The notes under the pieces were generated by a model that did not search any database, was not told the origin of the DNA, and was given only the letters and a program-made list of their open reading frames with translations. Of a DNA stretch of 64,000 bases, positions 49,367 through 59,237 are shown piece after piece. How positions within the stretch are numbered: the first letter of the stretch is position 1; every line of letters begins with the position of its first letter. A program made the position numbers and the translations under genes. This stretch comes from Actinomycetes bacterium (lineage in GTDB: Bacteria; Actinomycetota; Actinomycetes; Nanopelagicales; Nanopelagicaceae): contig BJFY01000004.1 in assembly GCA_014190155.1 (NCBI GenBank), positions 51,569 to 115,568 on the forward strand, in the 5' to 3' direction.

Positions 49367-50323
49367 ATGCCCTACCTAATGAAGAGCCAAGCACTTCGCA
49401 TACTTATAGGGCGATTAGGTAGGGCTCTCTCAGTTAGTTTTTGGGTCATGGTCATCTCGTTTGCAATCATGCGGATTATTCCGGGCGACCCTGCCTCAGC
49501 GAGACTTGGCGCAGGCGCTGAGATGGAGGCTATTGAAGAGTTAAGAAAAACCCTTAATTTAAATGGCAGTATTTTCAGCCAATTTACCAATTACGTTATG
49601 GGTTTATTACAAGGAGATCTTGGCACCTCGCTGCAAACTGGCCGGACCGTAATTGATATAGTTTCGTCAACTCTCCCATTAACTTTATATTTAATCATTT
49701 TTTCAACCTTCTTTGCACTTCTGCTCTCGATCCCAATTAGTACATCAATTGCTTGGTACGCTAAAGCTCCAATTGTTTATGTTTTTAGAAGTGTCACTGC
49801 AGTAATACTTGCCACGCCAAACTTTTTTATTGCAATGATTGGAATCCTGATATTCACAGTCCGGGTAAATTGGGCACCAGTGTTTGGGTATGACCCTCAG
49901 TTTCCACAGAATTTAAAGTATCTTTGGTTGCCAATTTTAGTGAACACGCTCATCATGACCTCTGTTATCTCGAGAGTTCTTTTTAGTTCAGTTACCGAGA
50001 CCAAGGAAGAAGAATTTGTAGAAACGGGAATTATTAGAGGTGTTGGGCGCCGCCGTTTTTTCTGGTTTTATATATTGAAACCCTCTATGGCTCCCACTGT
50101 CGTGCTTCTCTCATACATGATGGGAACAATGCTAGGTGCAACCGTGATTCTAGAAACTATTTTTAGTTTGCCAGGAATTGGTAGGGAATTGGTAAATGCA
50201 GTACTGACTAGTGATTACCCAATGGTTCAAGGTATTCTATTAATTTTTGGTGTCATCACGGTTTTCTTAAGCTTCACGGGTGATGTAATCGCTTACTTAT
50301 TGGATCGTCGAGTGAAAATATGA
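49367..50323 (+). CDS. ABC transporter permease (DppB/OppB-like)
   Basis: N-terminal RLGRALSVSFWVMVISFAIMRIIPGDP motif of the family. Six TM segments. Confidence 0.85.
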   Translation: MPYLMKSQALRILIGRLGRALSVSFWVMVISFAIMRIIPGDPASARLGAGAEMEAIEELRKTLNLNGSIFSQFTNYVMGLLQGDLGTSLQTGRTVIDIVSSTLPLTLYLIIFSTFFALLLSIPISTSIAWYAKAPIVYVFRSVTAVILATPNFFIAMIGILIFTVRVNWAPVFGYDPQFPQNLKYLWLPILVNTLIMTSVISRVLFSSVTETKEEEFVETGIIRGVGRRRFFWFYILKPSMAPTVVLLSYMMGTMLGATVILETIFSLPGIGRELVNAVLTSDYPMVQGILLIFGVITVFLSFTGDVIAYLLDRRVKI

Positions 50324-51165
50324 AATTAAAGACTCGATGGGCAAACTTTAAGGATTGGATAGCTCTTCCAGGGGGCTTTGGAATTTTCTCAGGTTTGACC
50401 ATGTTGGTAATAATAATTATTTTAGGAATAATAATTCCCAATTTTGGGCCTTACAATTCTGATGACTTTGTTGGTGAGCCTTTTGCCGGGCCAAGCCTTA
50501 AGCATCCATTTGGATTAGATCAACTAGGTAGAGATTTAATGACTAGGACGTTTTCCAGCGTCGGAGTTGATCTTGGCGTAGCTTTCCTAGGGGTTAGCCT
50601 CCCGCTAGTTATTGGAACGGTTATTGGGATTGTGTTGGGACTAGCTAAAAACAAATATGTTTTGAGTTTAGTTGGATCGCTGATAGATGGAATAAACGCC
50701 TTTCCACTTCTAATTATTGCCGTAGCAATGCTGACATTCTTGGGCTCAGGGCTAAAAAGCATAGTAATCATTCTTGCGATTACAAACTGGGCTAGATACG
50801 CCCGAATTTCTAGAACTCGTGCGGTTATCGTTTCGAAACAAAATTATATAGAGGCAGCTAAAACATTGGGCTACTCAAAAAAACGCATCATACTTAAACA
50901 TATGACACCAAACGTATCTTCAGAAACTGTTGCTTATGCGCTTAGTGATTTTATTTTAGTAATTATTATTATTTCGGGACTTTCTTTCTTAGGTCTAGGT
51001 GCACAACCACCAACCGCAGAATGGGGTTCGATGATTGCTGATGGTCGAGCGTTCTTAACAGAGTCTGCAGGTTTGATTTTATTCCCTGGCCTAGCCCTCT
51101 GTTGGTCAGCGGTCGCGCTCTCTTTTATTGTTGAAGGAATATCTCGAAGAGACCGCGGTATTTAG
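50320..51165 (+). CDS. ABC transporter permease (DppC/OppC-like)
   Basis: Multi-TM protein with EAA-like EAAKTLGYSKKRIILKHMTPN. 4-nt overlap with the previous gene. Confidence 0.85.
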   Translation: MKLKTRWANFKDWIALPGGFGIFSGLTMLVIIIILGIIIPNFGPYNSDDFVGEPFAGPSLKHPFGLDQLGRDLMTRTFSSVGVDLGVAFLGVSLPLVIGTVIGIVLGLAKNKYVLSLVGSLIDGINAFPLLIIAVAMLTFLGSGLKSIVIILAITNWARYARISRTRAVIVSKQNYIEAAKTLGYSKKRIILKHMTPNVSSETVAYALSDFILVIIIISGLSFLGLGAQPPTAEWGSMIADGRAFLTESAGLILFPGLALCWSAVALSFIVEGISRRDRGI

Positions 51166-52152
51166 ATGAGTATTAATCCCTTAGTTTCAATTAAAGATTT
51201 AAAGATTGAGGTACGAGTAACTCGCGCTAAAAGACTTTCGATTGTAGATAGCGCTTCATTTGAAATTGAAAGCGGTAAAATAATTGGTTTAATTGGTGAA
51301 TCTGGCTCTGGCAAGACCATGCTTTGTCGTTCTTTGGTTGGAACGCTCGATCGACGTGGGGCCTATATCGCTGCTGGACAACTAATTTTCGATGGAATTG
51401 ATTTGATTGCTGCAAAGCAGAGCGTTTGGAATGAAATCCGCGGAAAACGAATTGGTTACGTGCCACAGAGCGCACTTGCCGGTCCAAACCCAGTAATGAC
51501 AATCGGCGCCCAACTTGCGGAAGCTATTTTGCAAGACGAGAACTTTCCAAAATCTGACGTTGAAAAACGGTCGCTAGAGCTTTTAAATATCGTGCAAATT
51601 CGACGCCCAGAGACGGTTTTGAAGCAATATCAGCATGAGCTTTCTGGCGGTATGAAGCAACGGGTAATGATCGCATGCGCAATCGCACAACAGCCAGAGC
51701 TAATAGTGGCGGATGAGCCAACCACTGGACTTGATGTAACAGTTCAAGCTGAAATCATGGAACTCCTTAAGCAGATTCGTAAAGATTTTAATACCTCAAT
51801 TATTTTAGTTTCGCACGATTTACCACTCATTAATGAAATTTGCGATGACATTGTGGTGATGCATGCAGGCACAACCGTTGAGAAAATACCTTCAAAATTA
51901 ATTAAAACTTCAAAGCATCCGTACACAATTGCGCTTTACAATTCGCGGATCGATCTCGTTGAGCCAAAAGGCCAGTTAAAGACAATTAATGGCCAACCAC
52001 CATCGGTTGGAAATTGGCCGGCGGGATGCCGATTCTCGGAGCGATGCGATTTTGTTAAAGATAAGTGCAGAGTTAAACAAGATTTACCGCTAATTGAAAT
52101 CGGATCGAACCATCAGACTTCTTGTCTACGCTATGACGAAATTGCGAGGTAG
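51166..52152 (+). CDS. ABC transporter ATP-binding protein (DppD/OppD-like)
   Basis: Walker A GESGSGKTM, signature LSGGMKQRV, C-terminal Cys motif GCRFSERCDFVKDKC. Confidence 0.9.
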   Translation: MSINPLVSIKDLKIEVRVTRAKRLSIVDSASFEIESGKIIGLIGESGSGKTMLCRSLVGTLDRRGAYIAAGQLIFDGIDLIAAKQSVWNEIRGKRIGYVPQSALAGPNPVMTIGAQLAEAILQDENFPKSDVEKRSLELLNIVQIRRPETVLKQYQHELSGGMKQRVMIACAIAQQPELIVADEPTTGLDVTVQAEIMELLKQIRKDFNTSIILVSHDLPLINEICDDIVVMHAGTTVEKIPSKLIKTSKHPYTIALYNSRIDLVEPKGQLKTINGQPPSVGNWPAGCRFSERCDFVKDKCRVKQDLPLIEIGSNHQTSCLRYDEIAR

Positions 52153-52158
52153 CGCAAC

Positions 52159-52926
52159 TTGAATATTATTGAAGCTAAAGATGTGTCAGTAACTTTTAAT
52201 TCTTATGGTGACATAATTAAAGCGGTTGATCACGTAAATTTTGTATTGCCAAAAGGCCAAACTATTGGCATTGTTGGTGAATCTGGCAGTGGGAAATCTA
52301 CCTTTGCTCGAGTTCTTTCGGGTTTACAATTACCAACATCTGGTTCTGTGACATTTATGGGAAATCCAATTCAAAGCGGTAAGAACACCTATGAAGGAGC
52401 CCTCCGTAAAGAAGTACAGATGGTTTTTCAAGATCCATATGGAAGTTTGAATCCACGGATGCGAATCGTTAAAGCAATAGCTGAAGCAATTCGGCAACAT
52501 CAAGGCTTAGATAAGAAAGCTTCGCGTGTTGCAGCACTAGATTTACTTGAAAGCATGGGCATTAGCGCTCTTGATGCGCAGAAATTCCCAAGTAAGTTAT
52601 CGGGTGGCCAACGTCAAAGAGCTAGTGTGGCACGGGCACTTTCGGCCCAACCTAGCGTTCTGATTGCAGATGAACCAACCTCAGCAATCGATCAAAGTGC
52701 GCAAGCCCAGCTATTAGGTCTCTTTAATGATCTAATTAAAAAAGGTTTATCGATTGTGTTGGTTTCACATGACCTAGGGGTAATTAGATATCTCTCTGAC
52801 TACGTTTATGTAATGAAAGATGGAGTCTTCGTCGAATCAGGAAAGTCTGAAGAAATTTTTAATAATCCAAAAGAGGATTACACCAAGAAATTGATCTCTT
52901 CAATACCTGGACGCTCAACTAAATAA
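52159..52926 (+). CDS. ABC transporter ATP-binding protein (DppF/OppF-like)
   Basis: Walker A GESGSGKST, signature LSGGQRQRASVARAL. TTG start. Confidence 0.9.
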   Translation: MNIIEAKDVSVTFNSYGDIIKAVDHVNFVLPKGQTIGIVGESGSGKSTFARVLSGLQLPTSGSVTFMGNPIQSGKNTYEGALRKEVQMVFQDPYGSLNPRMRIVKAIAEAIRQHQGLDKKASRVAALDLLESMGISALDAQKFPSKLSGGQRQRASVARALSAQPSVLIADEPTSAIDQSAQAQLLGLFNDLIKKGLSIVLVSHDLGVIRYLSDYVYVMKDGVFVESGKSEEIFNNPKEDYTKKLISSIPGRSTK

Positions 52927-55638
52927 TTAACCAAGCGTTAAATTTGAATTAGCGCCATCTAGTTGCAGTACGGCCCTACCGCTTTCAAGTCTTGCCACTG
53001 GCACCCGATATGGCGAGCAAGAGACGTAATCAAGCCCGATCTTGTCAAAGAAATGAATGCTCGATGGATCACCCCCGTGTTCGCCACAAACTCCAATTTT
53101 GAAATCTGGACGAATTGAGCGAGCTTGATCAGTAGCAGTCTTAACTAGAATTCCAACACCGGCTTGGTCTAGCGATTCAAACGGATTGAATGGAAGTAGT
53201 TCTAAATCAAGATACCTTGGCAAGAATGAGGATTCAACATCGTCACGACTAAACGCCCAAGTTAATTGCGTTAAATCGTTGGTGCCAAACGAGAAAAAGT
53301 CTGCGTAAACACCTAGCCGCTCTGCAGTAATCGCAGCGCGTGGCGTTTCAATCATTGTGCCAATTGGAATCGTTGCACTTTGCCCAGTTCCTTTTAGGGT
53401 TTTACTGATTTCATCTTCGAGTGATTCGCGTAAATAAAGTAGTTCGCGCTGTGTCGCCACTAACGGAATCATTACCTCAGGTTTTGGATCGTGCCCTAGT
53501 TTGCGAACTTCAATTAACGCATGTACGAGCGCACGCACCTGCATTTTATATAACTCTGGAATTAGAATTCCTAGGCGAACGCCACGAAGCCCGAGCATTG
53601 GGTTTGATTCATGCATCCGTTTAACCGCCGCAAAAACTGCGCTATCTCGTGCTGAAATCTCGCTATTTAACGCTTCGGCCCGAGACATATTTGCAGTTAA
53701 TTCAGCGAGTGGTGGCAAGAATTCATGGAGCGGTGGATCAAGCAAACGAACCGTTACCGGCAAGCCTGACATTGCCATCATAATCCCGACAAAGTCAGCT
53801 CGTTGTAGGACTTCCATCTCGCCAATTACGCCACGTTGTACATCTTCATTTTCAGCAAGTACCAACCGTTCAACGTATGACCTTCTTGGTCCAAGAAACA
53901 TATGTTCCGTTCGGCAAAGTCCAACGCCTTCTGCGCCTAAAATTCGCGCCCTAATCGCATCTTCAGGAGTGTCGGCATTAGCCCGAACTTCTAGCCGTCG
54001 AATTTTATCTGCATGAGTCAAAATTCGATCTACCGCTTTAACTACTGGTGAAGCTTCATCACTTGCTGAAGATAGTAAACCTTCCAAATATGAAGTCACT
54101 GGCGATGCAACAACTGGCAGCTCGCCTATATAAACCGCGCCAGTTGAGCCATCAATTGAAATTACTTCACCTTCATAAACACTCTCACCGCCAACTGTAA
54201 AAAAGCCACCACTCTCATCAACTGTAATGCTTTCAGTTCCACATACTGCGGTCTTTCCCATGCCTCGCGCGACGACCGCTGCATGTGAAGTTTTTCCACC
54301 ACGGCTGGTAAGAATTCCTTGCGCCGCCACTATTCCAACTAAATCATCAGGACTAGTTTCACGGCGAACTAAAATAACTTTCTTGCCATCTCGTGAAGCA
54401 TCTAGCGCACGTTTTGAATCAAAAACTACCGCGCCGACTGCCGCTCCTGGTGAAGCCGGAATTCCTCGAGCTAGTTCTTTCACCGAGCCACGTAAATCAA
54501 ATTGTGGAAACATTAGTTGAGCTAATTGTGCGCCACCCACCCTAGTTAGCGCTTCATCGATTGTTATTTTTCCTTCATCCACCAATTGAACCGCAATTCT
54601 AAAAGCCGCTTCGGCGGTCCGTTTTCCCACGCGGGTCTGCAGAATCCACAACTTGCCCTTTTCGACTGTAAATTCGATATCGCAGAGATCGCGGTAGTGT
54701 GTTTCTAAATTCGCCATTACTTTTTCAAGCTCTCCGTGAACTTTAGGAAATTCTTTAGCCATATCATCTAACGACATAGTGTTTCGAATTCCGGCGACAA
54801 CATCTTCGCCCTGTGCTCTAACTAAGTAATCGCCATAACTTCCAGTTTCGCCAGTTGCTGGGTCTCTGGTGAATGCAACGCCAGTTCCCGAATCATCGCT
54901 GAGATTGCCAAATATCATTGACTGCACATTTACTGCAGTACCGAGATCTGACGGAATTCGTTCTCGTTGGCGATAAAGTTGGGCTCGCTCTGAATTCCAA
55001 GAATGAAAGACGGCTTGTACTGATCTAGTTAAATGTTCTCTCGGGTCGGTTGGAAAAGTTTCACCCGTTAGCGCTTCAGTTTCTTTTATATATCCATCAG
55101 TTAAAGCTTGTAATCCATTTACATCCAAATCCGAAATTGCATTTACAGCAAAAGCGCTTAATACTCGCTGTTGTATCTTGTGGAATTCACTAAGTGGAAC
55201 TTCACAAACAATTCGGCCGTACATATCCACAAATCTTCGGTAACAATCCCAGGCAAATTTTGGATTGCCGGTCTGTTGCGCTAACGCTTCCGCAACTTCT
55301 GGCGTCATTCCAACATTTAGTACTGTCTCCATCATGCCCGGCATCGAAAATTTTGCACCAGAACGAACTGAGACTAAGAGTGGATTCTTTGGATCGCCAA
55401 ATTTTTTACCTAATTCTCTCTCCAAATTTATTAGCGCTGCTTCAAGTTCTCCTGGTAATAAGCTTGGAATCTCACCCGTGCGTAGGAATTCACGACATGC
55501 CAAAGTTGTAATCGTGAAACCTGGCGGAACTGGTAATCCAATTTTCACCATCTCTGCAAGATTTGCCCCTTTGCCACCGAGTAAATCTGATTGGGTTCGG
55601 TCGCCGAAAGAGAATGGGTGAATATATTTTGCGCTCAC
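52927..55638 (-). CDS. ppdK: Pyruvate, phosphate dikinase
   Basis: 903 aa. N-terminal GGKGANLAEM. Phospho-His loop GGKTSHAAVVARGMG. C-terminal PEP/pyruvate domain GICGE-like VCGEHGGDP. Confidence 0.95.
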   Translation of the reverse strand: MSAKYIHPFSFGDRTQSDLLGGKGANLAEMVKIGLPVPPGFTITTLACREFLRTGEIPSLLPGELEAALINLERELGKKFGDPKNPLLVSVRSGAKFSMPGMMETVLNVGMTPEVAEALAQQTGNPKFAWDCYRRFVDMYGRIVCEVPLSEFHKIQQRVLSAFAVNAISDLDVNGLQALTDGYIKETEALTGETFPTDPREHLTRSVQAVFHSWNSERAQLYRQRERIPSDLGTAVNVQSMIFGNLSDDSGTGVAFTRDPATGETGSYGDYLVRAQGEDVVAGIRNTMSLDDMAKEFPKVHGELEKVMANLETHYRDLCDIEFTVEKGKLWILQTRVGKRTAEAAFRIAVQLVDEGKITIDEALTRVGGAQLAQLMFPQFDLRGSVKELARGIPASPGAAVGAVVFDSKRALDASRDGKKVILVRRETSPDDLVGIVAAQGILTSRGGKTSHAAVVARGMGKTAVCGTESITVDESGGFFTVGGESVYEGEVISIDGSTGAVYIGELPVVASPVTSYLEGLLSSASDEASPVVKAVDRILTHADKIRRLEVRANADTPEDAIRARILGAEGVGLCRTEHMFLGPRRSYVERLVLAENEDVQRGVIGEMEVLQRADFVGIMMAMSGLPVTVRLLDPPLHEFLPPLAELTANMSRAEALNSEISARDSAVFAAVKRMHESNPMLGLRGVRLGILIPELYKMQVRALVHALIEVRKLGHDPKPEVMIPLVATQRELLYLRESLEDEISKTLKGTGQSATIPIGTMIETPRAAITAERLGVYADFFSFGTNDLTQLTWAFSRDDVESSFLPRYLDLELLPFNPFESLDQAGVGILVKTATDQARSIRPDFKIGVCGEHGGDPSSIHFFDKIGLDYVSCSPYRVPVARLESGRAVLQLDGANSNLTLG

Positions 55639-55964
55639 ACTTTGCCCTTTTCTGACTTTGGATTAGGTACAAGTGGCACGCCACGGAAAATTTGGGATGG
55701 TTCTCTAAGTAGTTGCTTAGCTTTGCCGCTGAAAACCGAGATGTAGTCGGTCTTAGTGTGCTTTTCAAACTCACCGCGATTTTCATATAATTCATAAAGA
55801 TAAAAAATGGATGGATCTACTTCATCAACATAGATGACGAATTTTATTGAACCAGCTTCACCCCAAGTGTTTTCACTATGCCAGATTAGCGCCTCACTAA
55901 ATTCTGAAATTTTATCTTCCAAAACTTTAAAAACGACCATTACTGCAAATTTCACTTCTCCCAT
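55635..55964 (-). CDS. ABM (antibiotic-biosynthesis-monooxygenase-like) domain protein
   Basis: 109 aa with a ferredoxin-like pattern: FVIYVDEVDPSIFYLYELYENRGEFEKHTKTDY. Start and stop overlap both neighbours. Confidence 0.55.
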   Translation of the reverse strand: MGEVKFAVMVVFKVLEDKISEFSEALIWHSENTWGEAGSIKFVIYVDEVDPSIFYLYELYENRGEFEKHTKTDYISVFSGKAKQLLREPSQIFRGVPLVPNPKSEKGKV

Positions 55965-56854
55965 CCAATCTGATTAATCATCGCTTTGTTTTGAGAAATA
56001 CGCAGTAACTGTTCTGTTACTAGTTTTCTAGCTCTCGGATCAAAGGAGGTGGAATCGCCACCAACATGCGGGACAATTAGAACATTCTTCTCGGACCATA
56101 ATGGATGGCCGGCTGGCAGTGGTTCCGGATCAGTAACATCTAAAGCTGCATGGATTCGATCCGCTCTCAACGCTTCTAATAAATCATCAGTATTAATTAC
56201 CGCCCCTCGAGCGACGTTAATTATCAACGCACCTGGCTTCATCAAGTCAAATTTCTCTTTATTAAAAAGATTTCGAGTTGAATCGGTTAAGGGAACAATC
56301 AAAACTACAACATCGATTTCAGGTAGATATTTGTTGATCTCAGAGATTGGATGAACATTATCTCGTGCAGTTTGCGCAAATCTTAAAATTTTAATTGGAA
56401 AGTTCAAAATCAAATGTTCAAAAGTTTTTCCAATCGAGCCATACCCAACAATCGCCACAGTTTTATCAGCTAAGGATCCAGTGCTTGTATGTTCCCATTT
56501 ACCGGCAATTTGATTTTTTACATAATCTGGAATAAACCTTAATTTTGCAAGCATTAAAGCTAAGGCCAGTTCGGAAGTTGAATGATCATGAACTCCTTTG
56601 GCATTAAATAACGTTAGCCCAGGTCGCAAATAAGCGATGGCATCGTCGTACCCCGCATTAAGAAGTTGAACAATCTTCAAGTTTGGCATTTTTGGTATCC
56701 AAGTAAGAGCCGCCGAGCCAGCCATATATTGCGGCACATAGAAAGTAATTTCAGAGAGTTCGGTCTCGCTCAAAGTAGCAAGTGGTTTACTGGTTAACTT
56801 AAATCCATTTGGAATAGTTAAATCCGGCCATTGGCACCAAATGTTCTCAGTCAT
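55952..56854 (-). CDS. D-isomer-specific 2-hydroxyacid dehydrogenase
   Basis: NAD site VAIVGYGSIGK. Catalytic-type VARGAVI and PHVGG. Confidence 0.8.
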   Translation of the reverse strand: MTENIWCQWPDLTIPNGFKLTSKPLATLSETELSEITFYVPQYMAGSAALTWIPKMPNLKIVQLLNAGYDDAIAYLRPGLTLFNAKGVHDHSTSELALALMLAKLRFIPDYVKNQIAGKWEHTSTGSLADKTVAIVGYGSIGKTFEHLILNFPIKILRFAQTARDNVHPISEINKYLPEIDVVVLIVPLTDSTRNLFNKEKFDLMKPGALIINVARGAVINTDDLLEALRADRIHAALDVTDPEPLPAGHPLWSEKNVLIVPHVGGDSTSFDPRARKLVTEQLLRISQNKAMINQIGWEK

Positions 56855-56874
56855 TAATTTATTTCCTATCTCTC

Positions 56875-59232
56875 TTAATTTCTAGAAATTCCTATGGCGT
56901 GCGTTGCGGCTTTAAAGATTGAGTCTGTGTCAAGTAAGTTTGCCTTATAAAGATCGGGAATTGTGCCGGATTGCCCAAAGACATTCACCCCTAAGGAAAT
57001 TTGACGTACACCAAGAGCGGAGCCGAGCCACGCCATCGCATGCGAAGATGCATCATGAATAGAGACAATTGGCGCGTTATTGGATATCAGAGTCTCCAAG
57101 TAGTTTCGACTCTTTATTGATTTGATCTCTTTGATTGCGCTAGATAGCGAGCTCTGCCAATTGTGATAGATCCGACTTGGACTTACTACATCAAACACAT
57201 TTGCAATAATCCCAACATTTGCTAAAGCCTCGGCAGCTGCTAAAACTTCTGGCGCTACAACCCCGGTCGAAACTAGATTAACCTCGGGTGCGAATTCTGA
57301 AGATATCCCTAATACTTCTAGTGCAAGCCGACCATCAACTAATTGATAAGCGCCGCTTATAACTTGGTTACGCAAGGCGGCATCGCCTACTTTGGCTCGT
57401 ACACTCTCGAATACTTCTTGTAGGATCGATCGGGTTGATAATCGGAAGTAATAAACTAACTCTCTCTCGTTCTTTGTAGTTGGCTTTGCGACGCCAGAAA
57501 TTGCATCGCATAAGAGCCAATCTAAGGCAGTCGCGAATGCCGGTTCAATTAAAACCATGCCAGGCAGCTCTATTCCAACGGAAGCAGTTATGGAAGATTG
57601 ATGTGCGCCGCCTTCGGGGGCGAGTGTTACTCCAGAGGGTGTCCCAGCAACAATAAATCGAGATCCGGAGTAAACCCCATGCACAAGTGAATCTAAGCCT
57701 CGTAAAACAAATGGATCATAAACAGTACCCACCGGAATCAATTTTTGATGAGAATGAATATCAGATAACCCGAGTGCGCCTAGCAACATAAAGAGATTCA
57801 TCTCGCTTATGCCAAGTTCAATATGTTGGCCGGCAGGTCCTTCCGCCCATTTTAAAACTGGATCCACATTCCAAGCACGTTTTTCGGTTGGGGAATAAAC
57901 ACCAACGCGATTTATAAATCCGCCAAGATTTGTTGAAGTGGCGACATCAGGAGCAGTAGTAACAATGTATTTAACAAGTTCAGGGTCTCTAGACAGAGTA
58001 GTTAATATCCGCCCAAAAACTTCTTGGGTTGAGTTACTCGCTTTAAATTGGAGATCAGTTTTCTCAGGAATCGGACACTCGATGTTAGAAACCTCATTAT
58101 CTAATTGCAACTCAGATTTACGAAGTTCGCATATCTGACCTGATATAGATTTAGAATTGAAGCGATCCCACTCTGTATCTAAATCTAGTTCGAGTTCTTT
58201 TCGGAATTCATCAATCTGAGTTGAATTTAGTGATGCGCTGTGGTTTCTTGGATTTCCGGCTAACGGTAAACCCCAACCTTTTACCGTATAAGCAAAAATC
58301 ACACTAGGTTTATCTGTAATTTTTTCGCAATTAACTAGCTCTTCTAACAGGGCCGCGAAATCATGACCACCCAAGTCAGTTACTATTTCTAAAACTTCGC
58401 TATCGCTTTTTACAGCAAAGTAATCAATAACTGATTGCGGGGCGCCTTCCAGGAAGCGATTTCTAGCTGCTGCCGGATCCAACCCAAATATTGATTGATA
58501 CTGCTCGTTCGGAATTTGATCTAGCCATTTTTGGAAACTTTCACTATTTGGCTCTTTAAAAGCGTTCTTTAATTTCTGACCATATTTTACTTCCGCAACG
58601 TTCCAACCAGCCGCTTCAAATTGTTGACGCCATTGATGAATTCGAACACCTGGGATCACACGATCTAATGATTGCCGATTGAAATCAACAATCCAAAGTA
58701 CATTTCCTAAATTTGTCGTTGCAGGATCTGAAACTGCTTCCCAAATATTTCCTTCATCTAGTTCGGCATCGCCAATTAGTGCGATGAACTTTGATTTTGA
58801 ACGCTCTCCGAAGTGAGAGTCGACATACCTTCTAGTTGCCCCACTAAAAAGTGGCGCTGCCGCACCAAGCCCTACTGAGCCAGTTGAAAAATCTATTCGA
58901 CCAGGGTCTTTAGTTCTTGATGGGTATGACTGCAGCCCGCCAAAGGAACGAAGTTTCGTTAAATAATCTTTATCTAAATTTCCTAATAAATAATTGATGG
59001 CGTGCAAAATTGGTGATGCGTGCGGTTTCACGCTTACTTGATCTTCAGCCTTCAAATATTTAAACCAGAGCGCAGTCATCACTGTAACTAGCGATGCACT
59101 AGATGCTTGATGTCCACCAACTTTTATGCCGTCAACATTAGGTCTTTCATTATTCGCATAATCAATCATTCGAGTAGCTAGCCACAGGACTCTCCGCTGA
59201 ATTTGCTCTAGATCAGCGTAATCTTTCGCCAC
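56875..59232 (-). CDS. Homodimeric AceE-type thiamine-diphosphate E1/transketolase-like enzyme, N-terminally short
   Basis: 785 aa. GGHQASSASLV aligns with AceE GGHMASFQSSA. ThDP motif GDAELDEGNIWEA...VDFNRQSLD. It lacks the roughly 70-80 residues that precede this region in E. coli AceE (from memory). Confidence 0.75.
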   Translation of the reverse strand: MAKDYADLEQIQRRVLWLATRMIDYANNERPNVDGIKVGGHQASSASLVTVMTALWFKYLKAEDQVSVKPHASPILHAINYLLGNLDKDYLTKLRSFGGLQSYPSRTKDPGRIDFSTGSVGLGAAAPLFSGATRRYVDSHFGERSKSKFIALIGDAELDEGNIWEAVSDPATTNLGNVLWIVDFNRQSLDRVIPGVRIHQWRQQFEAAGWNVAEVKYGQKLKNAFKEPNSESFQKWLDQIPNEQYQSIFGLDPAAARNRFLEGAPQSVIDYFAVKSDSEVLEIVTDLGGHDFAALLEELVNCEKITDKPSVIFAYTVKGWGLPLAGNPRNHSASLNSTQIDEFRKELELDLDTEWDRFNSKSISGQICELRKSELQLDNEVSNIECPIPEKTDLQFKASNSTQEVFGRILTTLSRDPELVKYIVTTAPDVATSTNLGGFINRVGVYSPTEKRAWNVDPVLKWAEGPAGQHIELGISEMNLFMLLGALGLSDIHSHQKLIPVGTVYDPFVLRGLDSLVHGVYSGSRFIVAGTPSGVTLAPEGGAHQSSITASVGIELPGMVLIEPAFATALDWLLCDAISGVAKPTTKNERELVYYFRLSTRSILQEVFESVRAKVGDAALRNQVISGAYQLVDGRLALEVLGISSEFAPEVNLVSTGVVAPEVLAAAEALANVGIIANVFDVVSPSRIYHNWQSSLSSAIKEIKSIKSRNYLETLISNNAPIVSIHDASSHAMAWLGSALGVRQISLGVNVFGQSGTIPDLYKANLLDTDSIFKAATHAIGISRN

Positions 59233-59237
59233 TTTTG

